A stretch of 64,000 nucleotides of DNA, taken from the NCBI GenBank assembly GCA_026023565.1, contig JAPETS010000029.1, positions 124,001 through 188,000 on the forward strand, read 5' to 3'. Positions within the stretch are counted from its first letter, which is position 1. The number at the start of each line of letters is the position of its first letter. The translations under genes were made by a program, and so were the position numbers. Below, piece after piece: positions 23,895 to 37,065 of this stretch. The notes under the pieces are model-generated. The model was not told where the DNA came from and ran no database searches. It saw only the letters and a list, made by a program, of their open reading frames with translations. Origin of the DNA: Cirrosporium novae-zelandiae (lineage: Eukaryota).

Positions 23895-24726
23895 TGTAAC
23901 GATATGTGAAGAAATATAAAATATGAAATTTTGATGAGGATGGGGGGGAGTTGTTATATAATATATAATAAGACCAAATGTCGGTCTGGTACGGGGTAAG
24001 GTAGGCTGGTTAAGTGGCCTGTGCGTCACATAGTGCTGTGTATGTGATGTGTGATGGCTTGGAGGAGTACCGCCGCCGGCAATGCGGAATACGGAATACT
24101 CGCCTTCAGCAGTGAAGACATTCTTCCCCTTGATCAGCTTTAACACTTCCACCCCCTCTTTAATCAACTCATGACCATTTTTCTTCTTTGAAAGAAATCC
24201 CAAGGGCGTAACCATCAAAGTATTGCATTGCACATTTTAAAAAGCTCCATCTTTAATTAACTATTTCTTCTTGGATAGCTATCGTAGGGTGATGAGCGGG
24301 AGACTGGTCGAAATCTGGAGACGCGGTTTTAGCAGGGCCGGCCTAGGATAAGAAGAGTAGTTAGCCATCGATTGAAATTGCAGGTTTAATTGGAGGTTTC
24401 AGCCGCGCAAGATAGTATATATCGACAGTCACAATGGTTTCCATATATGGGATTGAACTTGTCAGTAATGTCTTCAAGGAGAAGCAAAGTATTCAAAAGG
24501 TTGGAGGATTGAAATGTCTTGGTCGGAATTATTTATTACGTCACCACAGTTGATACCTGAGGCCACACATACAATGAAATGATAAGCAATTGGCCCTTTT
24601 AGGGGATTGTACAAGGAGCTGAAGAAATCACGTCGTCTGGTGCTGGATAGGACCAGATTGATGTATTAGTAATTGACATTTCCACAAAACACTGTTCAAA
24701 TAAAAAATTCAAAGCAAATTTTCAAA

Positions 24727-26853
24727 ATGGGCAGCATACAAGAAGCACCTCTGAATATTGAACGAGAGTTAACTGCAGCGCATACGAACAATGCTGACGA
24801 TGCCATCAATTTGGCCAGTCAGAACCATCACGTCTTCGATGTTGAAGAAACTATACCTTCTGGTGGTCGCAGTAAGACACAAACTACTATTATCATGCTA
24901 GCACTCTGTGTATGCTCTCCTTTCTGCTCGTCGTCTCTAATTACAAAAAAGGCCAGTCAGCCATCTAACCTCGTTATATAGTCATCGCTCTTTCTCGCGG
25001 CCCTTGACGCTGTGGGTTGCATACCATTGAGATCGTTAATAAAATAGACTGATGATTTGAAACCTTGCTTTTGTTATCCCAATAGGCCATTACGACAACG
25101 GCTCTCCCAACAATAACAGAACAATTGCATTCGTCCTCTGGTTACACTTGGGTCGGATCGGCATATTTACTAGCACATGCTGCCTGCTGCCCAATATGGG
25201 GTAAGTTTAGTGATATATGGGGCCGAAAGCCAATTCTTCTTGGAGCTGTTGCCGTGTTTTTTGTAGGCTCATTGCTATGTGGTGCATCGACTAGTATGAT
25301 GATGCTGCTTGTTGGTCGTGTGGTTCAAGGAAGTGCTGGAGGTGGGATAAACATCTTAACCAACATCTGTATTAGTGACCTGTTCAGCATGAGGTGGGTT
25401 GGCCTTTTTTTTAAGTTCACAGGTTCCTGGATTATATACTCAATTAATTAAATTGGGTAGAAATCGGGGATCATTTCTTGGGTTACTCGGTTTGGTCCAC
25501 GCTTCAGCTGGTGCTTTAGGTCCTGTGCTTGGTGGATTCTTTACCGAGCTAGCATCGTGGAGATGGTGTTTCTATATAAACCGTGAGCCCCCTGCACCAT
25601 TCCTATCCTCGCGTACGCACTAATAGAGATAATACCAGTTCCAATTTCGGCCATAGCGTTCACCATTCTTTTCTTCTACCTGAGCCTAAAAACCCCCAAA
25701 ACACCATTAATGGCCGGGCTGAAAGCAGTAGACTGGCTCGGCTCCATCGCGATCCTGGGGGTCACTCTAATGACTCTACTGGGCCTCAACTTTGGAGGTG
25801 TGACGTTCCCATGGGATTCGCCAAAAGTCATCTGTCTAATTGTGTTCGGGCTCGTTATGATGGTGATATTCTTCTTTACGGAAGCCAAGGTGGCCAAATA
25901 TCCCCTGATGCCCCTGAAGCTCTTCCAGCATCGATCAAACATCGCTACCTTGCTCGTCACGTTCTGCCATGGTTTTGTAAGGCATATCCATCCCAATACT
26001 CCAGAAAACCCTAAAATATCTAACTAAACTACCGGCAGACATACATAGCTGGGTCCTACTACCTCCCCCTCTTCTTCCAAGCCGTCAGAGGCTGTTCCCC
26101 ATTAATGTCAGGCGTATTCCTCATTCCCTTCGCCGTCACTATGTCCCTTGGAAATGTAATCACAGGAATCTACACCCGCAAAACAGGTAAGTGACCCCCC
26201 ATCCTTTCGCAAAAAACCACAAACCCCCAAACTAACACCAACCAGGAAAATACCTCGAACCCCTCTGGGCCGGCCTCACAATAATGACGCTAGGCCTAGG
26301 CCTCCTCACGACCCTCAAACCCACAACCCCCCTCCCACAAACCCTCATCTACACCATCATCGCGGCCCTCGGCATTGGCCCGGGCTTTCAATCCCCACTC
26401 ATTGCGCTACAAACCCTAGTCCAACCCACTGACATCGCCACTGCAACTGCAACCCTCGGCTTCCTGCGCAACATCTCCTCCTCCATGTCCGTAGTCGTGG
26501 GTGGCGTCATCTTCAACTACGTCATGCAGACTCACGCATCCACGCTCACCGCAGCGCTAGGGGCGGCTACGGCAGCTAAATTGAGCGGGGGATCTGCTGA
26601 AGCGAATGTTGGGGTTGTGAAGGCGCTGTCGACAGTGGAGGAGAGACATGTTGCGAGAGAGGCGTATGCGGATAGTTTGGGGTGGATGTGGGTATTGTAT
26701 GTGTGTGTTTCGGGGGCTGGGTTGGTGGCAAGCGCATTTGTGGGCAGGCAGGTGTTGAGTGTTTTGTATGTTGAGACTAAAACAGGGCTAGATGTGGATT
26801 CTGGGGTGGTTGGTGGGGTGAGGGATGGTGATGATGTTGAGAGGGGGTCGTGA
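24727..26853 (+). CDS. MFS drug:H+ antiporter (DHA2-type, DotC-like)
   Basis: Six introns (24910-24981, 25012-25085, 25394-25460, 25583-25638, 25977-26038, 26187-26245). Motifs: LFLAALD, WVGSAYLL, WGKFSDIWGRKP, WRWCFYINLP, YYLPLFFQ. Confidence 0.92.
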
Positions 26854-27273
26854 ACGAAAGTGAGTATATGAGATGAAATGAGAAATATCCAGAGTTGGAT
26901 GAGGATGACGGTAGAGGTTTTATGTGGGCTGTGCAGGATTAACTAGATAATTCGTCTGCCTAGGCATTTTTTGATTAAATCTAGGGATGGCTGGCTAATC
27001 ACTAAATATAGGGACGTGATTCTTCTATCCGGCCATGGAATAGAAAATATTAATGGTCGAAAAAAAAGAAGGGTAATCTATTACAGGTTCTCCTCTCCCT
27101 CGATGAGATTTTCTTAAAACATAAGAGGACAAAACACTAAAAAAAAGAGAGGAAATTTTTTAGATACCCCATCACCAAACTATCATGTAACATCCAGGTC
27201 GTCACACCTCCACCCCTCCATCACCTCATCAAAACCACGCATCCACCCCCTCCACCTCCAACCAATAAATCAA

Positions 27274-27945
27274 TCAATCAATACACATCTCATCCTCCCC
27301 CTCCCCCTCTTTCCCCCCCTTCCCTTCCCCCTCCTGCCCCAACCCCAAACCGGACCCCTCAACCCACCGAATAAACCCCCCTTTCCCCCAACTGACCCAC
27401 GCTCCATCCCTGCCATCACCGCTTCGAGCAACTCCGAGACACATGGGACACCAGCTTCCGTAGACGCGGTTTGTCACTTCTGGGAACTTGCATCTGTGGG
27501 GTTGGGGCTGGGAGGATTCTTGTTCTATGTGTTGGTGTTGGTGGTGGATGGTTGTGGAGGAAGAGGAAGAGGAGGAGGTGGTGGTGGAAGAGGTGGTGGT
27601 GGTTTCAGGGGTAATATTTTGAGATATCCGAGATTGAGATGTCAGGTTCAACAATCTAGATATTTGATGTTGATTATTATTATTATTATTATTGTGGGAT
27701 TTATCTGCATTACCGCCATCATCACCACCATCACCATCATCACCATCATCACCATCATCACCATCATCATCTCCATCATCCTCATCCCGCGATCTCGATC
27801 TCGATGCAAACTCTATGGAATTCTGGATTTCCCGAACCGAAGCCGTTGGAGCAGCTTGCTGGCGACAGGCTTGGCAGGGGAGTGGGGTGGTGGATAGGTG
27901 GTGATGTCTGCAGGGGCGGTGGTAGGTATGTGTTAGGTGACACAT
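27274..27945 (-). CDS. Hypothetical protein with Cys/His motifs flanking microsatellite-encoded low-complexity tracts
   Basis: MCH...C.H...CQAC at the N-terminus and C...WCPMC near the C-terminus; poly-DG, poly-N, poly-T/S tracts in between. Confidence 0.55.
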   Translation of the reverse strand: MCHLTHTYHRPCRHHHLSTTPLPCQACRQQAAPTASVREIQNSIEFASRSRSRDEDDGDDDGDDGDDGDDGDGGDDGGNADKSHNNNNNNNQHQISRLLNLTSQSRISQNITPETTTTSSTTTSSSSSSSTTIHHQHQHIEQESSQPQPHRCKFPEVTNRVYGSWCPMCLGVARSGDGRDGAWVSWGKGGFIRWVEGSGLGLGQEGEGKGGKEGEGEDEMCID

Positions 27946-28379
27946 TTTTTTGTCTGGATTTGTGGGTGGGGTGTTGAATTGATTCCGTTTTAGGTGGGCT
28001 TGGTTTTTTGGTGAAGAAGGCGAAAGGTGATGCTGATGCTAATGGTGCAAGAAAGTAGGTAGGGAGGTAGGGAGATGTGGATGTGTTTGAGGGCTTCTGA
28101 TGCTGCTGCCGCTAATAACAGCAGGGGGGGGGGGGCACACTTCAACTATTTATATCTATCCTAAAACTTACTTAGCCAGTGGATTTATATATACATCCTA
28201 ACATCTAACATCTACACTGATCTACCAGCTCCTCCATACTTCTTCAAGTCTAAATGTGCTGTCCTTTGCTGTGTGCATCAATCTAGTTCTGGAAACTTGT
28301 AAGTTAAGTTAGGTTGGAAAATTTCGTGGGAATGGATGGATGGATTGGATTGGGAACACGAAGGGAGAGAGAGGGGGTT

Positions 28380-29830
28380 GTCTAAATCCAAAAAAGAGAG
28401 AAAAAAGAGCTTTCTCGAATTTCTTCTTCAGGAACGGACTGGTCTGGTCTAGTCTAGTTCGCTTTCAGGAACTTTACAGAATCTGCTTTCGCTAATAACA
28501 ATAACAAGGGTAGGGTAGGGTAGGGTGCATCCGCATAGGGATGGAAAGAAGGAATCTTTCTTTATACATAGCATCCTCATGATTCCGCAGTTCTCTCCTC
28601 CCCTCCCCTCTACTTCACTCCCTCCTCTTCTTCCTCGTTAACCAGTATAGACGTGCCCTATTTATATATATATTTGACTTATGTGGTTTTTGATGGATAG
28701 ATAGGTAGAAGGGCTTGAGGGGAGGGCAAAGATTGGTGGTATGGTATGTATGTATGTATGTATGTGTATGGTGGGGGATCTATGGGGCATACTCGACTCG
28801 ACTCGGGGTCTCTGAGATATCCTATCTCCATATGGGCTGGTTGGCTGGCACGTGGCTGGGTTATTAGGTATTAGGCTGTAAAACTAGCTAGCTAAGGGAA
28901 TTGATTTTTTTTCCTATAAAATAATAAATATATCGTTATGTTATGTCGTTGTGTCTGCTCCTCCCTCATTTCACGACTATATAGTATACCGCGTAGTGGA
29001 AAGGGGAGGGGGAAGGGAGTTGGTTCCTCGTCTTCGTCTTTGTCAATGCAATTGCCCCTAGTAGTTTCGTTTCATGTACGAGAGAGGAACCTGAACTTCC
29101 TTCTGTCTGTCTATCAAGAATAATAATAAAAATAAACCCCTTGGAAACTTGAATATGCTAGGATTTAGGGAAAGTCTTATTAACTCCAGATATTCATCCC
29201 TTCCCCCCAAACCTTTTAATTCTTTTTTTTTCCATCTCGAATAAATCCGACCCCCCCCCCCCACCTACCTAGCCTTGCCTTTGGGGTACTTTCTTCTTCT
29301 TCTTCTTCTTCTTCTTGTGATTTAGTTTACTTTAGCCTTTTTATTGTTGAGTTTAAAATGATATATATTTATCATTTCACAATTTGGGTTGGTGGAGCGG
29401 AGAGTGGAGAGTGGATTTTTCGGTTTCAAGAAGAAGAAAAAAGGAAATGGAAAGAGAAGGAGTAGAATAAAAGGCGATTATTATGTACGTAGTGTAGTGG
29501 GTCTACATAAAGCCAAACAAACAAGCAACCTCCCCCCGTTGTAGGATCTACTATCTTGATTTCTCTTTAAAGCATTCCTTTCATGACTTAATTATGTCGC
29601 CCCTATTTACTATCTAAACATGAAGGAACCTAGAGAGACTTTGAGATCGTAAATCATCCGTTTTGCTTTTTTGAAGGGGCCACTAAAAACATAAACCTTT
29701 CCCCTATCCTCTTCTTTTCTGTTTGGTTCGAAGTGGGTGTGTTTTAAGCTAAGGGTTTCCTAAATACGTACGTACGTAAGTAGATTGAACTATTCGTGGG
29801 TAGGTAGGTAGGTAGGTATGTATGCATCCC
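28380..29830. repeat. Microsatellite-rich intergenic region
   Basis: (GGGTA)n near 28508, (TATG)n near 28746, (CTT)n near 29293, (TAGG)n near 29801, and homopolymer runs. Confidence 0.75.
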
Positions 29831-30281
29831 GAAACCAAAACTCTGTTATAGATACAGTCACATAATCACATACCCCATCCGTCCATCATGATCGCAAGAA
29901 TTTACATGGATCGAGGATACCATCCCTACCTTTTGTGTTATTGGTTTAACTATAATACAAAAAGAACATCAAACCAGTCAGCAAAATGGTAATACTGGGT
30001 TTAACATCGTGATAACGAGATGGGATGGAGAGGGATTTCTTTTCAGAGGTTGAGAAGATTGTTATATATTAACTGGTTTTGTAGGCAAGGTGAAAGCTGT
30101 AAAAGGGCTCTCGCTACTATGGCCCCAGCGTGCTCATCATGGAAATTTGGATATGGATATGGACATGAATGGGTTTTTGCTAGATGATAGGATTGGGGCT
30201 TACGGGTATAAGTGGCCATGAGGATGCCAATGAAAGAGAGGTTAATTGATGGTTGCTGTGGGTGAAGCCAAGTTCCTAATT

Positions 30282-31308
30282 TCATTCGGGCTGCGAAAAT
30301 CAGTCAGAATGTCATAACGCTACTAAAGCTAGAAGGAAAAAACTTACTCTTATCCTTCCTCTCTGCTTTCTCATTTCGTCAATCTTCTTGCGATCCTCTT
30401 CAAAGGCTTTGATAAGCTGCCCTTGTTTTTCTTTCCTCTTCTCTCTGATCTGGAACCGGTAGAAGTCTTCGAGTCCCTTGTTCTTTTCTTTCTGTTTCTC
30501 TGCCGCCTCGCGGGCTTCCTCTTGTCTGGCAGGGCCATTTCTTCCACCCCTGGTAACTGTGATGAAGCCGTCTTCATCTGGTTCTTGGCGTTTCTGAGCA
30601 AGTGCGTTGGCGCGAGCGGTTTCCAGATGCGAGAATGCGGTCATGTAGTCGTTGATGGAATTGAGAAGGGCGCTTCTATCTGGATAACGGAGACGGTGGT
30701 GGGCTAGATATCCTTTTCAAAGATTAGCATACTCAACAATGTATTAGTTTTAGCGCAATCTTACTCGCTGATCCTAAAGCTGGTAATTTTTCCTCTATAC
30801 CTTCCCCCCAGACAACACTGGTGCCACGCTTTCCGATTTTCTTTGCCGCCTTGAAGCTCAATTCCATGCTCGCCCTATCCACAAATACCACAATAGCCGC
30901 CGATCCGCTAGAATGTAATTCCCGATCCCATACTGTCGGCAAGCTGCTATTCTCCAATTCCGCTTCTATGCTTTCTGGCTCCATACGCTTTCGCTTCTTT
31001 CCCTGCTTGTGTGCTCCGGCTGTACTGCTGCTGACACTCTTTTTGGTCGCGACATCTGGAAAGTCGACTCTCTCGACTCTACCGGCCAAAAGCTGGGTGC
31101 TGAAAAGATGGCGTAGGTGGGTTTCGGTGACTGTTATGGGAATGTTTGCAATGAATAGCGAGCGGGAGCTATCTGGGTCTGGGAGTTTGGGGTCATGGCG
31201 CCGGACGTATAGATAATGGTTTGCAGTAGTTGAAATGGATGATAATTTTGGAAGGGTTATAGGCACTATTATATAGCCAGACACTTCCAAGGGCATCTCT
31301 GGAGCCAT
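30282..31308 (-). CDS. rrp7: Ribosomal RNA-processing protein Rrp7
   Basis: Exons 31308-30765, 30712-30348, 30290-30282. Motifs: HYLYVRRH, RSLFIANIP, PDEDGFITVTRGGR, DFYRFQIREKRK; ends RIRPE*. Confidence 0.93.
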
Positions 31309-32418
31309 GGTTGAATTGTGAAATTTGGAGTTGTCTGTTGAAAATAATTTCAACTCTAAAAGTGTGATTTCCAGTAGGCATAAACTAATTATAATTATTG
31401 ATGTTCCGGAAATTTCGTGCCAAGATTAGATTACTATAAAGTACAGTGTTTAGGTACAGTGTTACATAGGTACTGTATTACCGAGGTACCGTATCCTTCT
31501 TTGCCCCCTAGGCTGCATTTCTACAATTGTCCTTCGTCCATGGATACTCTTCACTTTCTTGAGTTATTCATTTCCTCAGATGTTCATTCCAAGTGCTGGC
31601 TATTTACGCATTTGTATTATTTTAAATACTTTGGGGATTCGATGAATTGTGTGTATGTATATATCTATGTATATAAAGAGAGCGGGGGGAGGACGTAAAG
31701 GTTATGGTAGATATTCATTATTTACGATTCAGTACAAACCTAGCCAGCAAGACAATTGGCTGTTCTTGGGAGTTTGGGATTTGTTGATCAAGTAGTTAGT
31801 CAATCAACCGACTTCCTATACCCAGACATTTAAATACTTGAATATTACTTCATTCCACCCCCGACCCCCCTCCCCTTTTTTTTGTTCCTTCAATTAGATA
31901 AGTAGGTGGGTAGAAAGCTCAACCATCATTAAAGCCACTAGGAAGTCCATGATATCCCTGTAGTTATGAGAACATCTTGAACGAGGGTTATTTTGTAGAA
32001 GGGGATGAGGGAAGGGAAGAAAGAAAGGTTGAGGATGGAGAGGTAGAAAAAAAATAGGATACTGAAACATGTAAAGATTTAGAACCGTTTTTTGAACATT
32101 CATATTTTGTATTCCCGTAAGAACAGCCATGAGACATTCCCATTTTTCCGCAGCCGCCATCATCATCATCAGCTATGGCATGAGAAGGGAAAAAATAAAT
32201 ACCATCTAGCCATAATAAAAAAGATTCCCTTATAGGCCGGCTGGCAGGCAGGCACACACGACGATACGGTATCACCACACAAGCGTACATTACGCCATGA
32301 AAACCCTCCCCACCGCACTTTGTGGATCTGATCCGATCTGCATCAGCCAATCAATATGCATGCATCCACATCCCCATCATCAGGAAGATCCATCCCTCAT
32401 ATAGCCCCGGCGGAAAAT

Positions 32419-33279
32419 CTACTCCTCGTCACTCTCCTCCTCGTCCTCCTCCTCCATAGCTACCATAGCGATACGATCCAAATCTCTCCTTCCGGCCATG
32501 GAAATGCGTCTTCCGCCGCCGTTCTCCTCGTCCTGCTCCAAAACACCCAGCTTCTCGAGCGACTGGACGACCTTCCTGTCGACGGAGCCGGAGGCGTCTA
32601 CGTGGTGCGAGGGGCGGGAGCCGCGGTTCTTGGTGGAGCCGTGGACCTTGCGGAGGCGGCCAACCCCGACGCGGGGTCGTAGGTAGATGTGGCGGGCGAT
32701 GGCGGCGGCGCGGACGTAGAACCAGTCGGGGGATTGGGGGGGGAGTTCGTGACCGTGAGAGGTTTTTACTGTGTCTACCCAACCTGTGTTGTGTTGCGTG
32801 TGTGGTTAGAATTTAGAGTCTCGTTGGGAGGGTTTGGGGGGAAGGGGTTGGAGGTGTACCTGGAATTTCGAGTTTCCCGGCACGCTTTAGGAAGTCGGCG
32901 TAGGCTTGGATGAATTTTTGCGCCTGGGAGAGGTGGAATGTTAGTATGGGCGTCCTTCGGGGTGGATTTTCTGCTGTAGATGGATTTGTATTTCAAGGGC
33001 CGAGGAGATGTGGTATTTTGGGGAGATTCATATAACAGCCGAAGGCGAGGTGGTGGAGAGTATCATGCTCTATGCCATCTCCAAGACCTTGCCGCTTCTC
33101 AAGCTAGCAGAGATCTATATTGTATCTAACCTCGAATCCAGCATGTTATATATCCCATACCTTCCCAAATCAATTTGCCTCATCCTCTTTATCCCTAATC
33201 GCACAGTGCATCTCCCACAAAGACGAAGAAAAGAAATTTGAAAACTCACGTCAACGTCGCGCACTGAAACACCACCCAT
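32419..33279 (-). CDS. rps19: 40S ribosomal protein S19 (eS19)
   Basis: Exons 33279-33250 (MGGVSVRDVD), 32923-32860 (AQKFIQAYADFLKRAGKLEIP) and 32783-32419 (GWVDTVKT...PDWFYVRAAAIARHIYLR...RDLDRIA). The correct frame is missing from the ORF track. Confidence 0.96.
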
Positions 33280-33834
33280 GATTGTGACCTTTTTTTTTCT
33301 TGGGAACTCGCTCTAAAGACACAAGAGAGGAGGACAATCGTCCGTAGGTTCGTAGGATTGAGAAGGGAAGATGTTTTTCGTTGGTGGTGGTGTGTGTCGG
33401 CGAGTTGGTCGAGCCAAAGGTATCCTCTTCTCAAACAGATCTTCAATCTAAAAGTTGAAGATTGGGGTTCCGGTTGTGTGGTGGTCCGTGCATTATTCGC
33501 TTGGCTAGCTTGTTTTAGTAAGTGGATTGTGCCCTATGTTTTAGAGAGCCGAGTGAGTTGATGTAGATTGAATGAACATCAAAGACAATTTACGAGATAT
33601 ATTGTGAACAGGGAAGCCGAAGATCACGGATAAATGGAGTTTGATTAATTATCTAATACAATTCAAATTTTTAACGTTATATTTTCTAGAGTAGGTAAGA
33701 AAAATCCTTCACTATGTCCTACATCTTCCAACCAACGCCTCGCTTGCTTGAACGCATCTCAAATCAAGTTCATCATTTATAAATTACCCTTTGGTCATTT
33801 GTGCCTTCTGAATGACATTTGAAAATTCCTCTTC

Positions 33835-36107
33835 TTAAAAGGTAGGTGTCCGTTTCAATCCAACACAATATCGTACATAGAGCGCATCTATGAAATGTTC
33901 ATGTCTAATCCCTGGTGGTCTCTGCTTTTGGAACTCTTCAATTGCTTCCTGGACGCTGAAACCTTTCTGTTCAATCAGATATGAAGAGATGAAGAAACCT
34001 GTTCTGTTGAAGCCATAGTGGCAATGAACCCCGATCAGACGATGGTCCTCGCGTTTCTTAGCCATGTCCGCATCGTTGTGATCATGATGAGGGTCGTAAC
34101 CAAGAAGGCGATTGACAAGATTGATGAAATCCCGGACTTCTTCAATTGTAGGAGGAATCTTGGATACAGTCGGAAATTTGTGATATTCAACTCCGCCTCT
34201 TTCTAAGCCTGCTGGGTTATACACAGGACTTTCATGGCTGATGTCTACCACAGCTTTGATTTTATCCCGCCAATTTTCAGTGAATTTTGCAGGAGAGTGA
34301 ACCTCATCAATTTCCCTCAAGGTTTTCATTGCTCTGAACGTTCCAGCAATTGGACCACCCACAGGCTCAACTGCTTTCCACTTGGCAAGGTTCTTGACAT
34401 CCCATTTCCCCCCCGAGGTAAGATGCTGAAGTTGCCAACCTAGAGATAGTCGCTTGTCGATATGGTCCGCCAGAAAGGACTGGATCAATCCAGCTACAGT
34501 GCGATATGTAGCAACATCGTAGAGCAGAGCATGCGAAGCGGGAGCTGGTAAGATGCTGGTCTTTATTACCTTGCGTATCTGGACATTGTTCTCGCTATCT
34601 TGCTCAACACCATTGGCTTCAACCACGACAGGCTCAAGACCATATTTCTCATCATTCTGGTGTGCATCGTTTATGCTACCATCCATAGAAAGAGTTGCAC
34701 TAGTTGCATCTGGTAACGTATAACTGCCCGTTTTCTCATCTGGGGGTAGATCCACGAAACTCCCCAAGAAATTGGCAATTTTTGCGACCTCCATGGGCTT
34801 GGTAACAGTGTCTGCTTCACCAGCAATAAGTAATATTGGAACTTCAAGCCCTGCCCAAACCTCCCTTCCAGGCATTCCACCAAGGGGATTTCCTAAAGAA
34901 TCATAGATCGGAAGACTTCCAAGAGCTATCCTTCTAAATACGGCGGTCTTGCTCTGTTCGTTAAAGCGAACTTGCAGTTTCTTCGTATCTGTATCAGCAT
35001 CCCTACCCACGTAACGTGCGACACTTTTACTGTTCAAACCGCCATGTCTATCCCAGCGACGCCAAATATCGAAAATAGGATTCGGGACACAAAGCAACTT
35101 TCGAGCAATTTTCACCTCACTTTCAGGGGGTGGGGTAGCTTTGGGGCAAATTGCTATCATACCAATAATGCGCTGAGATATCTTCGGACGTAATGGGGAG
35201 GTCTTGGACGCAAGCAGAGCGGATAAAGAGCAACCCAAGCTGTGAGAGATCAATATTACCCCTTGATCAGTATCATATTCTCTGTAACTTTCGATTATCA
35301 CCGCAATAAGTTCCACGAGCGCTTCAATTGTATAAGCCTCCCAGTTCTTAGGCGAGAACTTGGAAAGACCACACCCAGGGAGGTCAATTCCCAAGCAAGG
35401 TGCGACATTGACCAGACTTGTCATGAGCGGGTGAAACTGTGCTAAAGAGCCACCAAGGCCGTGGATGAAGACGAGAAGCGGCATTGGCTTCAGCTTAGAA
35501 GGAAGCTTATCTGCGTGCGGATGAGGCCGATAGAAGGTTCTAATGGCAGGATATGTAGCTTTGGAGGTCAAATAAGATTCCCATGTTGAATACTTTTTCA
35601 GCAAGCCGGGGTCGGTGCTAGCTGCGTCTGTCGGCCAAAGACATCAGTAAGCTGGCCGGATTGTTATTGCCTGTTAATATGTTCAAACGTACCTGTTGCT
35701 GTCTGACTCCAGTTCTCCGATGTATCCTCGCTACTTCGTTCCATATGACTCCGCGACAAAGACGAGCTATCTGAAAATGCATTTTCAGTCATACTTCGTT
35801 GTCTCCAACGTAGTACCGCCGCCAAACATCCACCGAAAGCCATCAGCTCAAAGAGGCTGCGGAGGTCAAATTGAAAGTTGTAAATTTGCAAAGTAGATAT
35901 CCTAATCAGTGTAATAAGTGTACTGGTAGCTTCCCAGATTTGTTGGCGCAAATCAGCCGCGGTCTGTAACCTCGAGAGCTCAAGGGCTTGATAATTAGTA
36001 GTGGAAGGAGTAGCGCTTGCAGTAGAAGGTGTCGCGAACACTACACCAATTTTCCAGAAGGTGAGGAGATTGATAGCCATAGTATAGGCTGGCCAAGGTG
36101 TCATCAT
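33835..36107 (-). CDS. Alpha/beta-hydrolase domain fused to a DUSP11/PIR1-type cysteine phosphatase
   Basis: Intron 35692-35628 joins two ORFs in frame. Hydrolase motifs FIHGLGG, IDLPGCGLS, SHSLG; phosphatase P-loop VHCHYGFNRTG and RPPGI. The exact start codon is uncertain. Confidence 0.85.
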
Positions 36108-36900
36108 TTATAGTTTGAGATTGAAGCAAGAGGACATGAACTGATCGACAGCAGTTCCTGACAAACAGATATTTTGGTAATAGATGGCAGACTCGGAACT
36201 AGAAGCGCCAATAAACAGCCAGCATTCAGCCTCCTGCGTCTGTTACTGGATGCGTTTTGATCTACTCGGGGAAGCGGTCAACGTGTTACCTCAAATCTGG
36301 GGCCAGCAAAAGTAATCAAAAGCAACTTGAGAATCGTGTATTGTCTCAAATCCAGAATTCCCGTAGTGTGGTAAGTTGAATTGCGTGTGCCCCAATGCCG
36401 AAGTAGGAATTAGGATTGGAATTGCAAAAACTAAAAGCCTTTTTGCGCCAAGTGCAAATAGTAAATCGCTTCAAGGTCTCCACCCAAATAGTACTTTAGG
36501 TGCTCTCAAGGACAGACGTAATATTCGAAATGACATTGCATTTGTAAGACCCTATGATCAAGGGCTATGCCAGTGAGTACTCGGCTAATCTGGAGATTGA
36601 ATATCGGTTGGCAGGTTAGTTATGAATTGGAGGAGCATCAAGGCCAAATAAAATATACATTAGAGTACGTAGGATTCTCGTACCTTTGTGTCGTGGTGGT
36701 TGTAAGCTCCCTGTTGGTGTAGAGTAGAGTGCGATATTAGCCAGAACGAAAGCAACGTGCGTCATGGCGAACAATGACTGGTTCTTGATGGGCATTGCCC
36801 GTCTTTGATTGAAGCTTGGACGTTTCATGAGATAAGATAACCTTATTTGGGTTGGGACAACTTAGATTGCCATTCAACAATTATGTTATATTTGTGTACG

Positions 36901-36926
36901 CATGTACTGTACATGTACAGTACATG
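36901..36926. repeat. Perfect 26-bp palindrome
   Basis: CATGTACTGTACATGTACAGTACATG equals its own reverse complement. Confidence 0.9.
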
Positions 36927-37065
36927 TATGGTACAATTAAATCTATGCAAGATATGCCACCTAGACTATACGTGTTGCACAGGATTTTACTCGAGTAACG
37001 CCAAGTCTGCTATTTACAGTAGCATTGGGTATCAGGGGTATTGCTTCATTAATCATTCGTTAGTC

